DNA of 64,000 bases, from assembly GCA_040954595.2 (NCBI GenBank), contig CM082592.2:11627912-11691911 (forward strand), in the 5' to 3' direction. Position 1 is the stretch's first letter. The number at the start of each line of letters is the position of its first letter. The notes beneath the pieces were generated by a model. That model was not told the origin of the DNA, ran no database searches, and saw only the letters and a program-made list of their open reading frames with translations. The position numbers and the translations under genes are program-made. Shown here in pieces: positions 14,073 through 27,700 of this stretch. Source of the stretch: Balanoglossus misakiensis (lineage: Eukaryota > Animalia > Hemichordata).

Positions 14073-17000
14073 TATACCCACATATACATGTCTGTGTATC
14101 TCTGACCATAGGCACTGCAAATCCTCGTCTCTTAATCTCATGTTTATTAAACCAAGTACAACAATAACCCACCCTATCCATGCAGCCTTCCTCTGTGACG
14201 ACCACAATACGCCTCAATCAGCCTCTGTTTAAAACCTTACTTTAATATCAAACAACAAAACAACACCATTAAGTAAACCTTAGGGCCAAGATTCAACAAC
14301 CTTTAGAAATTCTCTAGCCATAAAAGGTGATGAGCAGATGGCATTTCTGAGGGATAACAAAAAAATATGAACAGTTGCTGGGGGACATTTTTGGAATCTC
14401 CATTCATTGGTACCTTGCACTGAGAACTACTTCCCGTTCGGCCTTGTGCCTCTTGCTTCAGAGAAACAGTGTATCCCTTTGTTTACCTACATGGTTCTTG
14501 GAAATCAAGAAACCCACTGTCCATTAATCCATATACATGTATGTTCCATTTTGGCGTCTGATAGAGCAACTTTTGGTGTTTTTTGATTGCAGTAAGAAGA
14601 CACATGTATTTCGATCAAGATCTGCAGACAATGACAAATTTCGCCCACTTGGTCTAAAATTACTGGGGGAAATATGAAAAAATGTGAGAAAATGATAAAA
14701 TTTGCTTCACATTTTGACAGCGAAAAATGTGTATCTAATCACAGTCACATGCTCACAACTGTCCAACCAGCCACATCTAGACTATGGAGTCCTCAGGGAC
14801 ACTGTCATCAGCAATATGACAAAATACAGAACACGAGGGGGAAAACCATGGACAGGGTTTTGACCACGATCTGTATTTTCTCAAGCAGCTTGGAAAATGG
14901 CGTGTTAATATTATAGCCGGAATGGCAAATGGTGTCCCTAGACACTCATACCAGATTCATGCATTTCACAATCTCTCATTGGTATTCTCCTGACGGACTT
15001 TTTGTCTAAATCGGTGGCCTGCGCAAAATGATAATTAATGCCATCGCTTTGATCATAAAACTTTGTTGTTGCAGGCTACAAATTTTATTTCTGGAGGGAG
15101 ACTGTTGAGAAAAGGGCACTGAAATCTGATGTAACATTTGCTTGAATGTGTTACTGTAAGCAATGTTTTCGGTTGATATCTTGCATTCTTTTTATAGCTG
15201 TGGGTTTTCACTGACTCCCTTTGGCAAATGCAATGCGATGTTGAAACTTTTCAAAAAAAATATCATTTTTTACTGGTCCGGAAAATTAAAATGACTCCGA
15301 GCGTTTTCCAGAACAGTGTATTATGCATTCATACTCAGTCATGATAAATTGCTGAATATTTCGACAAAGCCACACTTACGAGCTCAGTCATAAATACAAC
15401 TGTAATTTAAACCGAGATGGGGAAGATTCCTGGAAGAACTCCATCTTGAATATTCCCTTGACGTAAGCATAATATAAAATTATGCAAGGACAGAATAAAA
15501 ATTACACAAGACGAAATACTGGGAACTCCGAAGGTCCTTCTGGTGACCTATGACATTTGACATCTGTCATCACCTCCTTGCTACGTCACTCTGTCAATGT
15601 CAGTTTGTGTGTAATTAGAAAAATTTCAACCAGGAATGAAGACGGGAAAAATAATAACTATTGGCATTTGAGGTAATTGACATCAGACCTCCGGTATGGC
15701 TAAATTGGCAATTTTCATTTAAATTGCTGCCCTTCTGACCCTGAAAATTGGATTCTCTGTTTTCGGTGGGAATCATAATGAAGGAAGGCAATTAAAATGT
15801 CATTTATTGTAACAATGGATGTGTCAAATTTTTCTCGCCACCAATTGTTGAGGAAAGACCGTACAGGCGAAATTTTTTAACGTAACGAAAAAACCCTGAA
15901 GGGCACAACAATTATTTTTTGTGTTTCAGGTTTTCCACAAATTACAGGAACAAATGATCTCATACATTGTACACTTTTCGCCCTTTTGAGGTTTCCCGCA
16001 AACATCAAGAAAAGTTCCTAGATTTCTGGTGTACGTTTTAGTTTTGCACTGTACACCGAATGACTTGATGCTCGCCGTGAGAGGTAGAATCTGTCAACCC
16101 GACACTTTCCGGACCTCAGAACAATCCAGGAGCAGTCTCTGGTAGGTCGAACCATTTCAAAATGAAAATGGGTAAGGTTTGGGTTAGACCGAGAAGTCAG
16201 GCTTGGGTAATTGATCAACTTCTCAATTTTCAGACAGGGGTAAATGAGCCCCTCATATTTTTGACACAAATGGTATCTTATGCAGCAGCCAAACGCGGCA
16301 ACCAACCACATACACTGATTATTACAGTATAATTTACAGCTTAAAACTTGAGAAAATTGAGTTATCGAGTAATGTAAGACTCCTGGCAAATAAGCGACGG
16401 CCAAACATAATTTCAAAACCCAAATAATGCAAAATTGATACCTCCTTCAAGGCACCTTATTAATATTCATAACTTATCAATTTTAGAATACACATTCTTC
16501 CATTGATAGTGTGTTCGACGGCCAGACCCTGCCATCAGAGTGTTCCTTCTTCATGTTTTCCGAGTCGAAATTGAAAAGGTATCTGTTGAAATATTCACGC
16601 CAACATAGTGGATCAAGTGTGAAGATGCAGTCTTGTTTTTTTCTCCGAGATAAATGCCGGAAAAATTGTCTCCGGGCATAAAACTGACAGTCTAAAATGC
16701 TTATTGTGTTCGACAAAAGAACCTCAGTGAACTAACACATTTCACTCTTGTTGCCGTACTTTTGGGGAAAAGGAACAATAATTTTAAATTTATGGATGCA
16801 ATATATCATGATTCCGACACCTTGCCTCAACACGTAAGGACATCAAACATCAAAACACAAACAATCTGATTCAATTTGATTTGATATGATGGTTCGACAA
16901 CCTGAGAGATTATTTGCACTATTTACAGCCTGTAGCCAACAACATCACTCAAGAGACGTTATGTTCTTTGGGGAAAAATTTTCAGAAGATAGGCTAGCTT

Positions 17001-19519
17001 AAACTAGTGACCTGACTTCACTTGCATTGAAAGACACCTCATGTACTTGATCATGAACTTGAGTTATTCTAAAATGCCAAATAAAATTTTTGGCAACATA
17101 TTGATTCATGTCCTATTACCATATTTGATGTCGAACAAGTGCCCTGATATCAAATGAATATATCACGAGTAAGTACATTTATGTCCCTCATGTAATTAGC
17201 ATTCTGTCATTATTATTTCCCGGTTTTTGTGAAAACTGTGGTTTCCTTTAAACCACTTAGTAAACTAATATTTACTAGTTCAGAATCACTGTAAGTGGAT
17301 ACAGGAAGTAATTCTAATATAGGAACCGCTTTTGATGGACAGTGACAGGAAGTTGGAGAACGGATATATCAATTTACTATTTTTTTAACCAAGCCCACCC
17401 CTAGTTTTCCTAGTGGTATAGACTAACTGTCCATAGACAGCATAAGGAGTGAACTATTATACTGGAATGACCAGGGGTGATAGGGTTAGATTTGCATGTT
17501 AGAAGAGTTTTTTAAAACATAGCTGCATACCAACAAGTTTATGTTCTTTGCTAAGAACAAAAGTAGGTGAACAAGACATTTGAGATATTTGTTTGTATCT
17601 CAGACAGAACATCTCTGAAAGCTATAATGAGAATTAATCTACATGGTAATTGCCCTCCCTGAGCAATACACTCAAACGTTTCATTTCTGACCACAAAACA
17701 AGATTTCCATTCCACAGACTGAGAGTGGGCCTAGATATACACATATGCACATAACCGCTCTAGTAACAGAATGAGTAGACCCTCACAGTCCTTGGAGACT
17801 GCGCACGAAATGACCGTGCATACGCAAACCCCCAGATACATTCTCCCCCTCTCTTTTCACCAGGTGGAGGCTCGGTATGATCTATCTGTTGTCCACTACA
17901 AAATGACAGGATTCTATTGGTAATTGATGTTGATGTATGCGCGTAACGAGTCAACTTACAACAAGTGACACTAGCCTAGGACTTTTTGTCTTAACCATGA
18001 TAAATGGTAAGAACAGACTGTTCCCCCTAGGGAAACATCAATTTTTACTCTATGCCGTCATAAAACTCCAAATTCATTTTTCAATTTTGGGTTTATTTTT
18101 CTTTACCCCTTCTTTCCCTCTGAGCATATGATCCAGACAGACTCTGAAAGCAGTAATTATTAGCCATTAAAGCAGAGAAAATCATAAGGCCATGAATAAA
18201 CGCCAACTGACAGGCTAATTGTCATGTTTACAGTTTCCATTTTCCGTTTCAACACGCTTCCCTCCTGCTACCACCTAGGAATTCAAATCAAATGATGATT
18301 ATTCAGAAATTGCTTTTGAATTGTCATTACTCTTAAATATTTTTCAGTTCAGTCAAAGTTATTTGTCATCTGACCTTGCGTGTGTGAAAGTCAAAGTTTC
18401 TGCAAAGATGCAATGATTTTGTGCAGCAATGACAAAGTTGCAGTGGAACCCACTACTGTTTTTATGAGCCTGTAAAATTTAAACCTCTGGTTGCAAAGGT
18501 ACTTGTATGTACTGTAGTTCAAAATGTCATGAAGACAGAAGGTGGAGTTGGTAAGTTTGGGGGTGACTTGAATCAGGCTCAAGAACCTGTTATAATGGAG
18601 GCACAACACGGGAAAAGAACAAAGGAAGAGTAATTGAAGGTGTTTTCAAACTCTCTTGAAATAAAAGTCTTTTCCTCTTCACTCAATCAAATACTATTGA
18701 CCCCAACGTGACACACACGCACGGTGCATTAAAACGATGCAATTTTCCCCCCTTACACATAATCGAAACCCTCAGCTTCCAACGACACTTCTGGCACCCG
18801 CTTTTGAAATTCAAACTGCTGACACGGAAACCCCCGATCCTCCCATTAAACATGTCTGCTCCGCTATCAAATTCTCTCACCCCCACATTGTTTTCCTTTT
18901 TGATTGCAAAATAAAACAGCAATCCACAAAGACTTAGAAAGGTGATTATCAAATTTCACGCAAGGCTGCACAAATGGGCCCCCATCAAATCCCTGAGTCC
19001 TTCACAATCTGATGAAACAATCTGACTCCAGAGTGCGACGGACAGCCTGCTGGAGCCAAATACCGCAGAACAGAAAGCCTGGATGTGGAATCGGTTGAAA
19101 CACGCCACTTCTGATTTTGACTAAAGCTGGCAGATTGGGCAGCTTTCTGTCATCACAGATCCTGATGAGCCCGAAAGATGGACACAGTCTGATGGAAAAT
19201 ATAATTAGTTTTGATGTTCTGAATGTGGCAGTGTTCTCGGTACCAAACATGATGTACCTACGGTTTAGTGGGGCGGAAAACGCAGAGGACGCTGAAAGGA
19301 CCATAATCACCACTCCTGTCAAAAGTCATAAAATATCTCAAAAGCATAAATCAACACCATAGTTTAATACATATAGGTACCCAATAACTAAGATCAGGTC
19401 TATAAAGTCAGAAAAAACAACGTCCAACAACTTCAAACATGAACAAGCGACCTAGTGGCTGATACTGCTCTGCTGTGACAGACTTTGCTAAGGTCACCCC
19501 TAGGAACCTGCATACAAAA

Positions 19520-19605
19520 TTAAACCACCATGGTTCAGTCCAAACCTATTGTTTTTCTATGGTAAGTTTGGACCTCTAAAGAGGGAACTAGGGGTGGAAA
19601 GGTGA
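19520..19605 (+). mobile_element. MITE-like repeat family A, copy 2
   Basis: ccaccatggttcagtccaaacctattgtttttctatggtaagtttggacctctaaagagggaactaggggtggaaagg. Confidence 0.75.
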
Positions 19606-21723
19606 AAGTAATGGGACCAGTGGTTCTTCAGAGAAGAAGACAAGTGTAGACACATAGCGGACGGCAGACACTGACGGAAAACGACCTTGTCTGAAAAGCT
19701 CCACATCGCTGACAGTAAAAACTCCAGACAGTACGATTCAACAATGGTTCGTGCTCGCATGTGACACAAATATCTTCAGCGTGAAGAAAGTGTTGGAACC
19801 AGCAGAACTCATTTGAGATTAAAACAAACTAACAAGCAGCAAAGAGCACAATAGATTCTCCCAAAAATATCTCCTGTATGAATTGATGTTTACTTACAAA
19901 GCCCTGGGATACATCTGTGTGGATGAGTGGTTCTTTTCCCCTACAGGTTTTTAAGAGTTTATTTTTGATGGTAACATCTGGAATATTCTATATTATGACT
20001 TTTTGTCTGAAGTAGGGGTACCTTTTCAGAACACTATCAAAACTTCATTAAAAGCTGATCACTGAACTGCCTTGAAACTCTTTCAAAAATGTTGGAAAGA
20101 CGGCTATACTAGAGACTCAAAAAGTGATGGCAGGGAAACAGGTCAAACCCGATAGTCCCTGCGGTATCAGCTAAAAATATGAAAATGTCAGAAAGAGGCA
20201 GGCAACACTTAGAGAGGGCATTCAATACCAGCTGGTCATGCTGTTATTTCGCCATAGAGACCACTGAGCTTTTTTATTGATATGCTGATACAGGCACAAG
20301 ACAGACCGTACAAGCAGGACCAAGAATATTATTTCATTTTTCTGGTGGTACCAGTTTTGCCCTAACAACTATAAGTTCTTTGTTCTATTGTTTTTGCTGA
20401 CAGTGGTGGCAAATTTGTCCATCATGTCTGGTCGTGCTTGCAAGCACGATCAACTTACACTGAAGGAAACAAAATTTGTGTTTTGAGTGTTGGTTTTTGG
20501 CTAAAGCAGATTTGGATTATTTACTCATCATTACAACCAAAACACTTCCATGAAAGTACGTGTAGTATTTAGTGAGGAAATACAGCAAAGCTGGTTTGTC
20601 TCAATGGGCACTGTCTAATCAAAATATATTAACTGAAATGTGAGTTAAAGTACAGGGAGTGTAATGTTTTGATAACATCATAATGACACTAAGCAGCCTT
20701 GATTAGATGTAAATTTTTCCAATCGGGCACCAGACACTATCACAACCTCTCTGATTGTCAAAGATGTACAATTTACATAACTAGCATTGAACAATTAAGT
20801 GAGCTTATTTGTAATATATGGAACATAATCTTTAGCAACATTTTTACTTGGTATTTTCATGAATAAAAAGATAATTGGAACATTTTAGTCTTGAAAATGT
20901 CATCCATCTCATTTGCATCTAATTATAGATAATATGCATTCATAATAAAACCAAACGAACGATTGTACATTAGAGTCAATTAAAAGTTGTTAATATTTTA
21001 TCACTTCATTTCTGAATTCATGTTTTTAGAGTACTTGATCTTTCATTACTGACAGTTCTTGGTGGTAATTAACACACAAAAACAGAGATGTCAATTTCTA
21101 CAGGGATAGAGTAGAAACGCTGTTGTCATTATACTGGAGAGCAAGAGGGATTGAGGTCCGTTATCTGTGCCCGATGATAATTATTGCAAGTCCCAAGAGT
21201 CACATACAAGTGTTGATTTCATGTTTGCTTATTGAGGTTCAGTTCAAAGGGGCTTGTACAAACAGCTATAACACAGCCTATGATGGGAGCTGGTTCACAA
21301 GGAACTTTTTTCAGACTTTCTCCATGAGCATCCACTTTTTTCCAGAATTATCAAGGATCTTCTAGTAGTGGTATAAACTTCTGACACTTTCCTGGATTTA
21401 ATTACCACATGAGTCACCACAGACCAGTCTCGCATATGGTGTTCTAACTAAAAATACTTTACTGTAGGGTGGATGTTTATATTTGGAAAGGTTTCTTTTT
21501 CATCATCAACAAAGAGAAAGTGTGAAAGATAACAACGCTGGTATTGCCACGTTTGAAACGTTAAACAAAATCATGTTTTAAGCAGGGGTGACAAAGAAAC
21601 AGACAGGACTATGTTTGCATGCATAATGATGCAAATTTAAAAGCTATCCATTGCAGACCTCGTGGTCTATCTTACTTTATTTCTAACTTGATATTTCATG
21701 GTCTGGAAGGCGGACAACACAAA

Positions 21724-21739
21724 GTGCCCTCTAGTGGCA
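21724..21739 (-). promoter_or_regulatory. CTCF core motif
   Basis: Reverse complement reads TGCCACTAGAGGGCAC, matching the CCACYAGRKGGCR consensus. Confidence 0.6.
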
Positions 21740-24700
21740 AACCATTGCCAGGAAATGCAAATAACCCCCTATCTAATTCTCTCTGATTTGTCAATTACCA
21801 ACGAAGTTCACCTAGGTTACCACTTTGTCTGATACTCTGTGTGAATTTGACTTTTTCTTTCCAAGCTGTGCATTAATGCCAATAAAAATCACCTTGTATG
21901 GTTTTAATAACCCAATAATATTCTCTGCTTGCTTGGATGTCAAGGGCAGAAACGCTTACAAAATCGAGGACGTACTCTTGCAGACATTGGCCTTTTTGTT
22001 TTATAATCCAGTCGAGTGAAGAGAGAATATGTTTAGCGCTGGACTTTGTTGGCTGGGAGATCCAAATTGTGAAGACAAAACTTCTGACAGAAAAAAATCT
22101 CACCATGTCTTTTCAAATCATGCAAATATTACACTTCATTTGTTTCGCTTGAAGATAATTATGAACTTATCAAAATCTACTGTACTGAAATTATTAAAAT
22201 CTACAAGCCTGGAACCTTTGATGTAAACTAATCTCTCAGCCCCTCTTCCTCCTTCAATACTTTGGCAGAATACAGAGGAACACGATTTATTGGAAACACC
22301 ACGTGTTACTTTTATTTCTTCCATGTGATCAGAACAAACAATGCTCAGTGTGGTTGATAGTGTACACATGTACCATCATTTGTTGAGATATTTGATGGGT
22401 ATTTATAAATGTCAAATAAAGTGGGCATAAAAAACTGACAACAGAAAAAAGTAATTAAGATGTCAGATAGAAAAAGCATGAAAGGAGAAAAGTAATGACA
22501 ATTGTGTACAAGTGAAGGGTATGATGAGAGTACAATACGAAAGAACAACTCGGGACAGTTTGATGGTGTTTGGGACCAGCAAATTTACTGTCTGGTGTCT
22601 GGGGTTATTTGGAGCGGGCTATTTATTCTGTTTGTTTGGGTACCGCCAAATCTCAGTGTTTGAGCATATGTGTGTATGTGCGCATTGTTGTTTCGTGCTC
22701 CACAGGGTGGAATTTATGGCAAGGGAAGGGTCTTAGAGCCACCAATCACTTGATTTTATTAGTGGTTTAAAAGAGTTTCAGTATTCACAGCTGTAAATCA
22801 CTTTTTATATCTTCATTCACTGATAATATAAATATATCGGTGAAAATTACATATTTACATAAGAGTAAGACTTACACAAAGTTCACTTTGTCTCAATTTT
22901 TTTCCAACATTATCATTTTTGATATGTTCATGTTGGGAAATACAGCACTGAAATTCACTCACTCAAGTTAAAAAAGTTCAACAGCATCAAATTTAAAGCC
23001 CTGTCTGCTCTTGCCCATATTTAGGGAGTGTGGTGTGTTGTTTGAATAAATGATAGGCACTGAATTTTGACAATGGTCACCCTGAAACATCATTATATAA
23101 ACTTAAGATTTCATTTTGTCAGACACACTCTCTCCTCAGGATATCTGGTGCTCATTCCACTGGAAATAATTCTATGTTCTCCCTTCTTTAATAATCAAAT
23201 CTACCTATCAGTTGTTGCCTTGGTGACTGATAAAAATAAACTAGCTAAATTTTGGTGAGTCACCCTGCTTTAAATGGGTCCACATTGATAGTTTTATAAA
23301 GGGACCAGTTTTGTGTTTTTTCTGCCAACTTTAGGGCTGAACTCGAGGGTTTCTCTGGGCACTCTACAAACAAAACAGACAGGAACTTTTGGAGCTTGGA
23401 AAGGACCATCAAAAACTCATAAAGAATGTCTGGTAGAATGCCCCGGAGGCCTCTACCAATAGAAGCTGGTATATGGGCACGTGCTGCATAGGGGGATGGG
23501 GTGGGTTCATTTTCCGTGTACACCACAATGGTTGATCGGTCGCTTGCACTTTGAGGAGTTTCAAGAGAGGGTCACACTCTCAGTTGTGCCTCCTTTCACA
23601 CCGGATGATGGTAACTTATAATTTCTTTTTGTACATGATAACTTGTGATGTTAATGAAGAGAGGTAAGTAAAATATCTGTGATACATGTGGGTCTGCATT
23701 AATTACTCTCTGCACTGTCAAGTACAGTGTGTTAAAAATGCTGAAACTATGCAGCAAGGAGTTAGAGTGGTTGTTCAGAACTGACTTAGTGGCTTTCATC
23801 TAAGTGATATGAGTCCAGAAAAAGTACAATAACTGGTTGATGGAAGGATGGTGAGAGGTGAACATGAAAACTGGCAGAGTATTCACCATATTTCTTTGCA
23901 TTTTGGAATCATCATACCTTTTGAGGCATAGATGCATTGAGACAGAGCAAATTCTGAGGTACCCACCCACCCACCAGTGAATTGAGTGCAAGTCGAGTGT
24001 TAACTCGCCAACCTGTGATTTCTGACTCATTAGCCCATAAACGCAGCTTTATCAGCAAATTACCCAATAATAACAATAAAACTCCATGTAGAATCCATTA
24101 CGGCAAAATGGCCTTTTTGCGCTTGCATTTTCACTCCGGATAAAAATCTGAGATATTGCTTTTCTCGGAACGTATGCTTGCCATCACTCAGCACAACTGA
24201 TAACACAACTGTATTACGGTATCAGAGAATTTTTCACAAAGCTGTTAATGCAAGCGCCTACCAAATGTTAACTGAGAATAAGCGTGTGCGTTAGAAGTTC
24301 AGAGATCATGATTGGCTGACAACGGTATGACAGAGTTGAACTTACAAGCAGCAAAAAACTCACGGGATTAGCTTGGGTCAATTTTTCTATTTCGTTTATA
24401 TTTGTGTGAGAAGTTGAGTTATTTTTTGTGCAAGATACTGAAACACACCCACACAGGGAAATGTTTTCTATGGAGAAATTTCTTTTAAATTGATAAAGCT
24501 GCTATGAAAATACTTAATCTTGCGTATTTGCTACATGTTTCAACATATTTGGGTTTATTGCTTTCAGCAAACATTCCGATGAATGCACTTGTTTTGCCCA
24601 TTTCAGTCGGTTGTTCTTTCAGAAATCATAATCAAAGGAAACAGGGAATGAGCATGATGAATCGAGTTTGATGGGGAATCTAATCACAATATCAGGATAT

Positions 24701-27700
24701 AAACGGATGCAAATGCGAGATTCCGCTGAAAGATAGCAAAACAAAAATGGTGAAGAGACTGTGTGCGCTATCAGATGTACCACTGGCAGTGAACTTGATA
24801 TAGTTGATGAGATATATGGTGATTTTTAAATTGATACTGAAACAGTCTAATTTCCTGTATTAAAGTTTCAGTGCCTCCTCTCGTTTTGTTGAAAAACTTG
24901 GCAACATGGTAAAAAGATAGCTGATGTTTCTGGTGATGTTCGTTGAAAACGCATAGTTTATCCACTAAGTGAATTTACTGGGAGTTTCATTAAACTGCTA
25001 TAAATGTAGCAACAAAGCGCCCCTGGCAACAAGCGGTTCCCAATTCACAAAACTATGAATGAGAATGAGGCCAACATCCCAGTGATTCCCTTGGACGAGA
25101 CGGCCGCTGGCAAAAATCGGTTAATTCACTTTCTGGAGATTGCCTCTGCAGTGCGGCAGATGTTGGCATTCCATACGCAGTCTGCTGGGTTGTGATATCT
25201 GAAGGCGCAACTCCAAATGCAAAGGCAACCGTGGGGAAATAGGGGCACGGCACAGAGATCGATCATAGATAACGACGGCCCACATACACCCTGTCCGACT
25301 CAAACTCTGAAGACTCCTCGAAAAAAACGTGGACAACATTATTTTTTAAGGGTTTCACCGCACACACAGATCGTCAAATTAGATAACCCAAAAGTTTCTT
25401 TCAGCGGTGATGGGCAACTCCAGGAAATGCAGGCAAGCATGAAATTTTCAACAGTGCTACAGGCAAACTTACATTAAGCGTACAGTACAGACATTCTTTT
25501 TCAAAAGTGCAAAATACTTCAATCAGAAATAACAGCCCAGTGACATATGTATCCTTCTTTTCCACTTGTACATGCATTGAAAAACAAAAGATTAAGAGTT
25601 GACCGAGGAACGCTTGCAGGAAATTTATGAACAACATCATGACCCCATCATGTAATAATTATTTTTGGATGTTTATATTACAATTTCTAAACTGCCACAA
25701 ATTTTTTAGGCTCGTTCTTATTTCAAAACTAAAACCAGATTCAAATTTTTTACTCTGAAAAACTGCATCTTCAAATCTGACTCAGTATTTGTTGTGAACT
25801 ATTTGTGATAAACATGTGATGTACCCACTGAACCCATACATATCTGTAAAAGATTTATTTTTGCATTTTGATTACACAAGCAGTAAAGGTCTCCTGTATA
25901 AGCCTTTCAGAAATGAAAAAGTGTTGAGTCAAATTCATCAATGTGCTTGTACTTTACAGCCAATCCGTAATGCAAATCTCTTCCTTATACTAGAGCGAGT
26001 AGAAAAAAAATAATTCTTTAAATTTTCAATCAAGCGCTTTCAGTAGGTTTCCCAAGTTTTTTGCATGCAAATTGAAAAAGCCGATTCAGATTGAGATTGT
26101 AAAGAAAACAGACCAGTGGATTTTGCGCCGTGGATATTGACGCATACACTTTACTGTGTTGCAAAGGCAATCCAAAAGCCCTCTCTTTTTTTTCGCCAGC
26201 AAAGAAATCACAACATTTGTTCTACTTTTAGAACACCTCACAAAGTCAGTTTGCTATTTGTATGATAATTCAGTATCAGCTTTGTCGTTCTAATCTTTTG
26301 GGTGATAGTATTTTTTTCCATGATTTCTCGCTGAAAAGCGGCAAGAAAAAAATTCATATGCAATGGAGGGTCGCCCATGGGATTTCTACAGTCATGTCAG
26401 CCTAGGGCTTAAGTGTTTTGAGTAAGCTCCCCCATTTGCATATTTATTACAATGTAAATTTCGAATTTCTCCACTAAACTATCAGTTTTACCCATCCAAA
26501 CCATAGCAGATTACAATGCTTTGCCCATCACCCAAGTCATGAATACAAACTTCGACTAGATTCGTACATGTTTTCGTTTCGTTTTCTTTTCCTCCTTCTC
26601 CAACCGTGAACTAGAAACACAAGGGATACTGGTCATCATCTGCCGGTCGCTATGACGGAAATAAGCCTTGTTGGAAATTCTATTACCCTAATTTAAATTT
26701 AAATGCAATACAACAGGGAGAAAATTGGAGTAATTCGATAAGAATTGGCTCGTCTGAAGGATTGGCAAATTGTCAACGTTGCCCTAGGGGAGGGATGAGA
26801 TGTTTTCCGTTATGTCATGACTTAGGCATTTTTACAGCAACAAGAACCGCGCCAATAAAATGTTCCAGTTAAACTAGGTTTAGATAAAATACAAGGCCAT
26901 CAATTTCGGAAAACCTCTTTGTTCACCTCTTGATTTTGCCGTCATGTAATTATAAGTTTATCAGCCCTTGGGAGCAGACAGTTCTGATTTGTTCTGTCGC
27001 AAGATCAGAGGCTCTATGGCCAGTTCAGTTCTTCCTTGCTTTTATATTTGGTTTCATTCAATCTTTTATAACAAACCGAATAACAGAAGGAGGTATATTC
27101 TTTGAACGCAAAGTTCCCCTGAGCTCCTGGATGACTTTCTCACTAAAAAACACAACCTTGGCAATGTTGATCAGATTCATTTGAGAAGCAACCACATATT
27201 GACTCAACTAATCTGAGGAATCTAAATTCAGGTAATACACTACCCACAAACACCCACACACAAAAATTTCACACATATGCTCTTGCTCATTTTTGGATGA
27301 TTTCCAGGTTCTCCCATTTGCAGGGAACATTATTCGGAGGATCAGCAGCCATTTTTCTGATGCTATCTTGGTTATCTGTGATGCATGTGTAACCCACATT
27401 ACCCTAAACTTGAATATGTTCGCTATGACAACACAACTTTAACAGATCAGCCATAACATACTTGCTGTATTCATATCTGTCTTATGAAAATTAATCCTCA
27501 AAAAAAGACCTGAACATCAATTAACAGACATGATTCTGATAAATGGGCCACCACTGCCGGCTAAAAAGTGAAATAAAACTTGTTTACATCACTTGGGAAT
27601 TAAACGCCTGATCTGACGGATGAGACAAGCGAAAGTTGCATCGTCAAAGTTTGGCTGTACAAGACACGTTATCATTGAAGAATGACTTGGGAGATATCCA

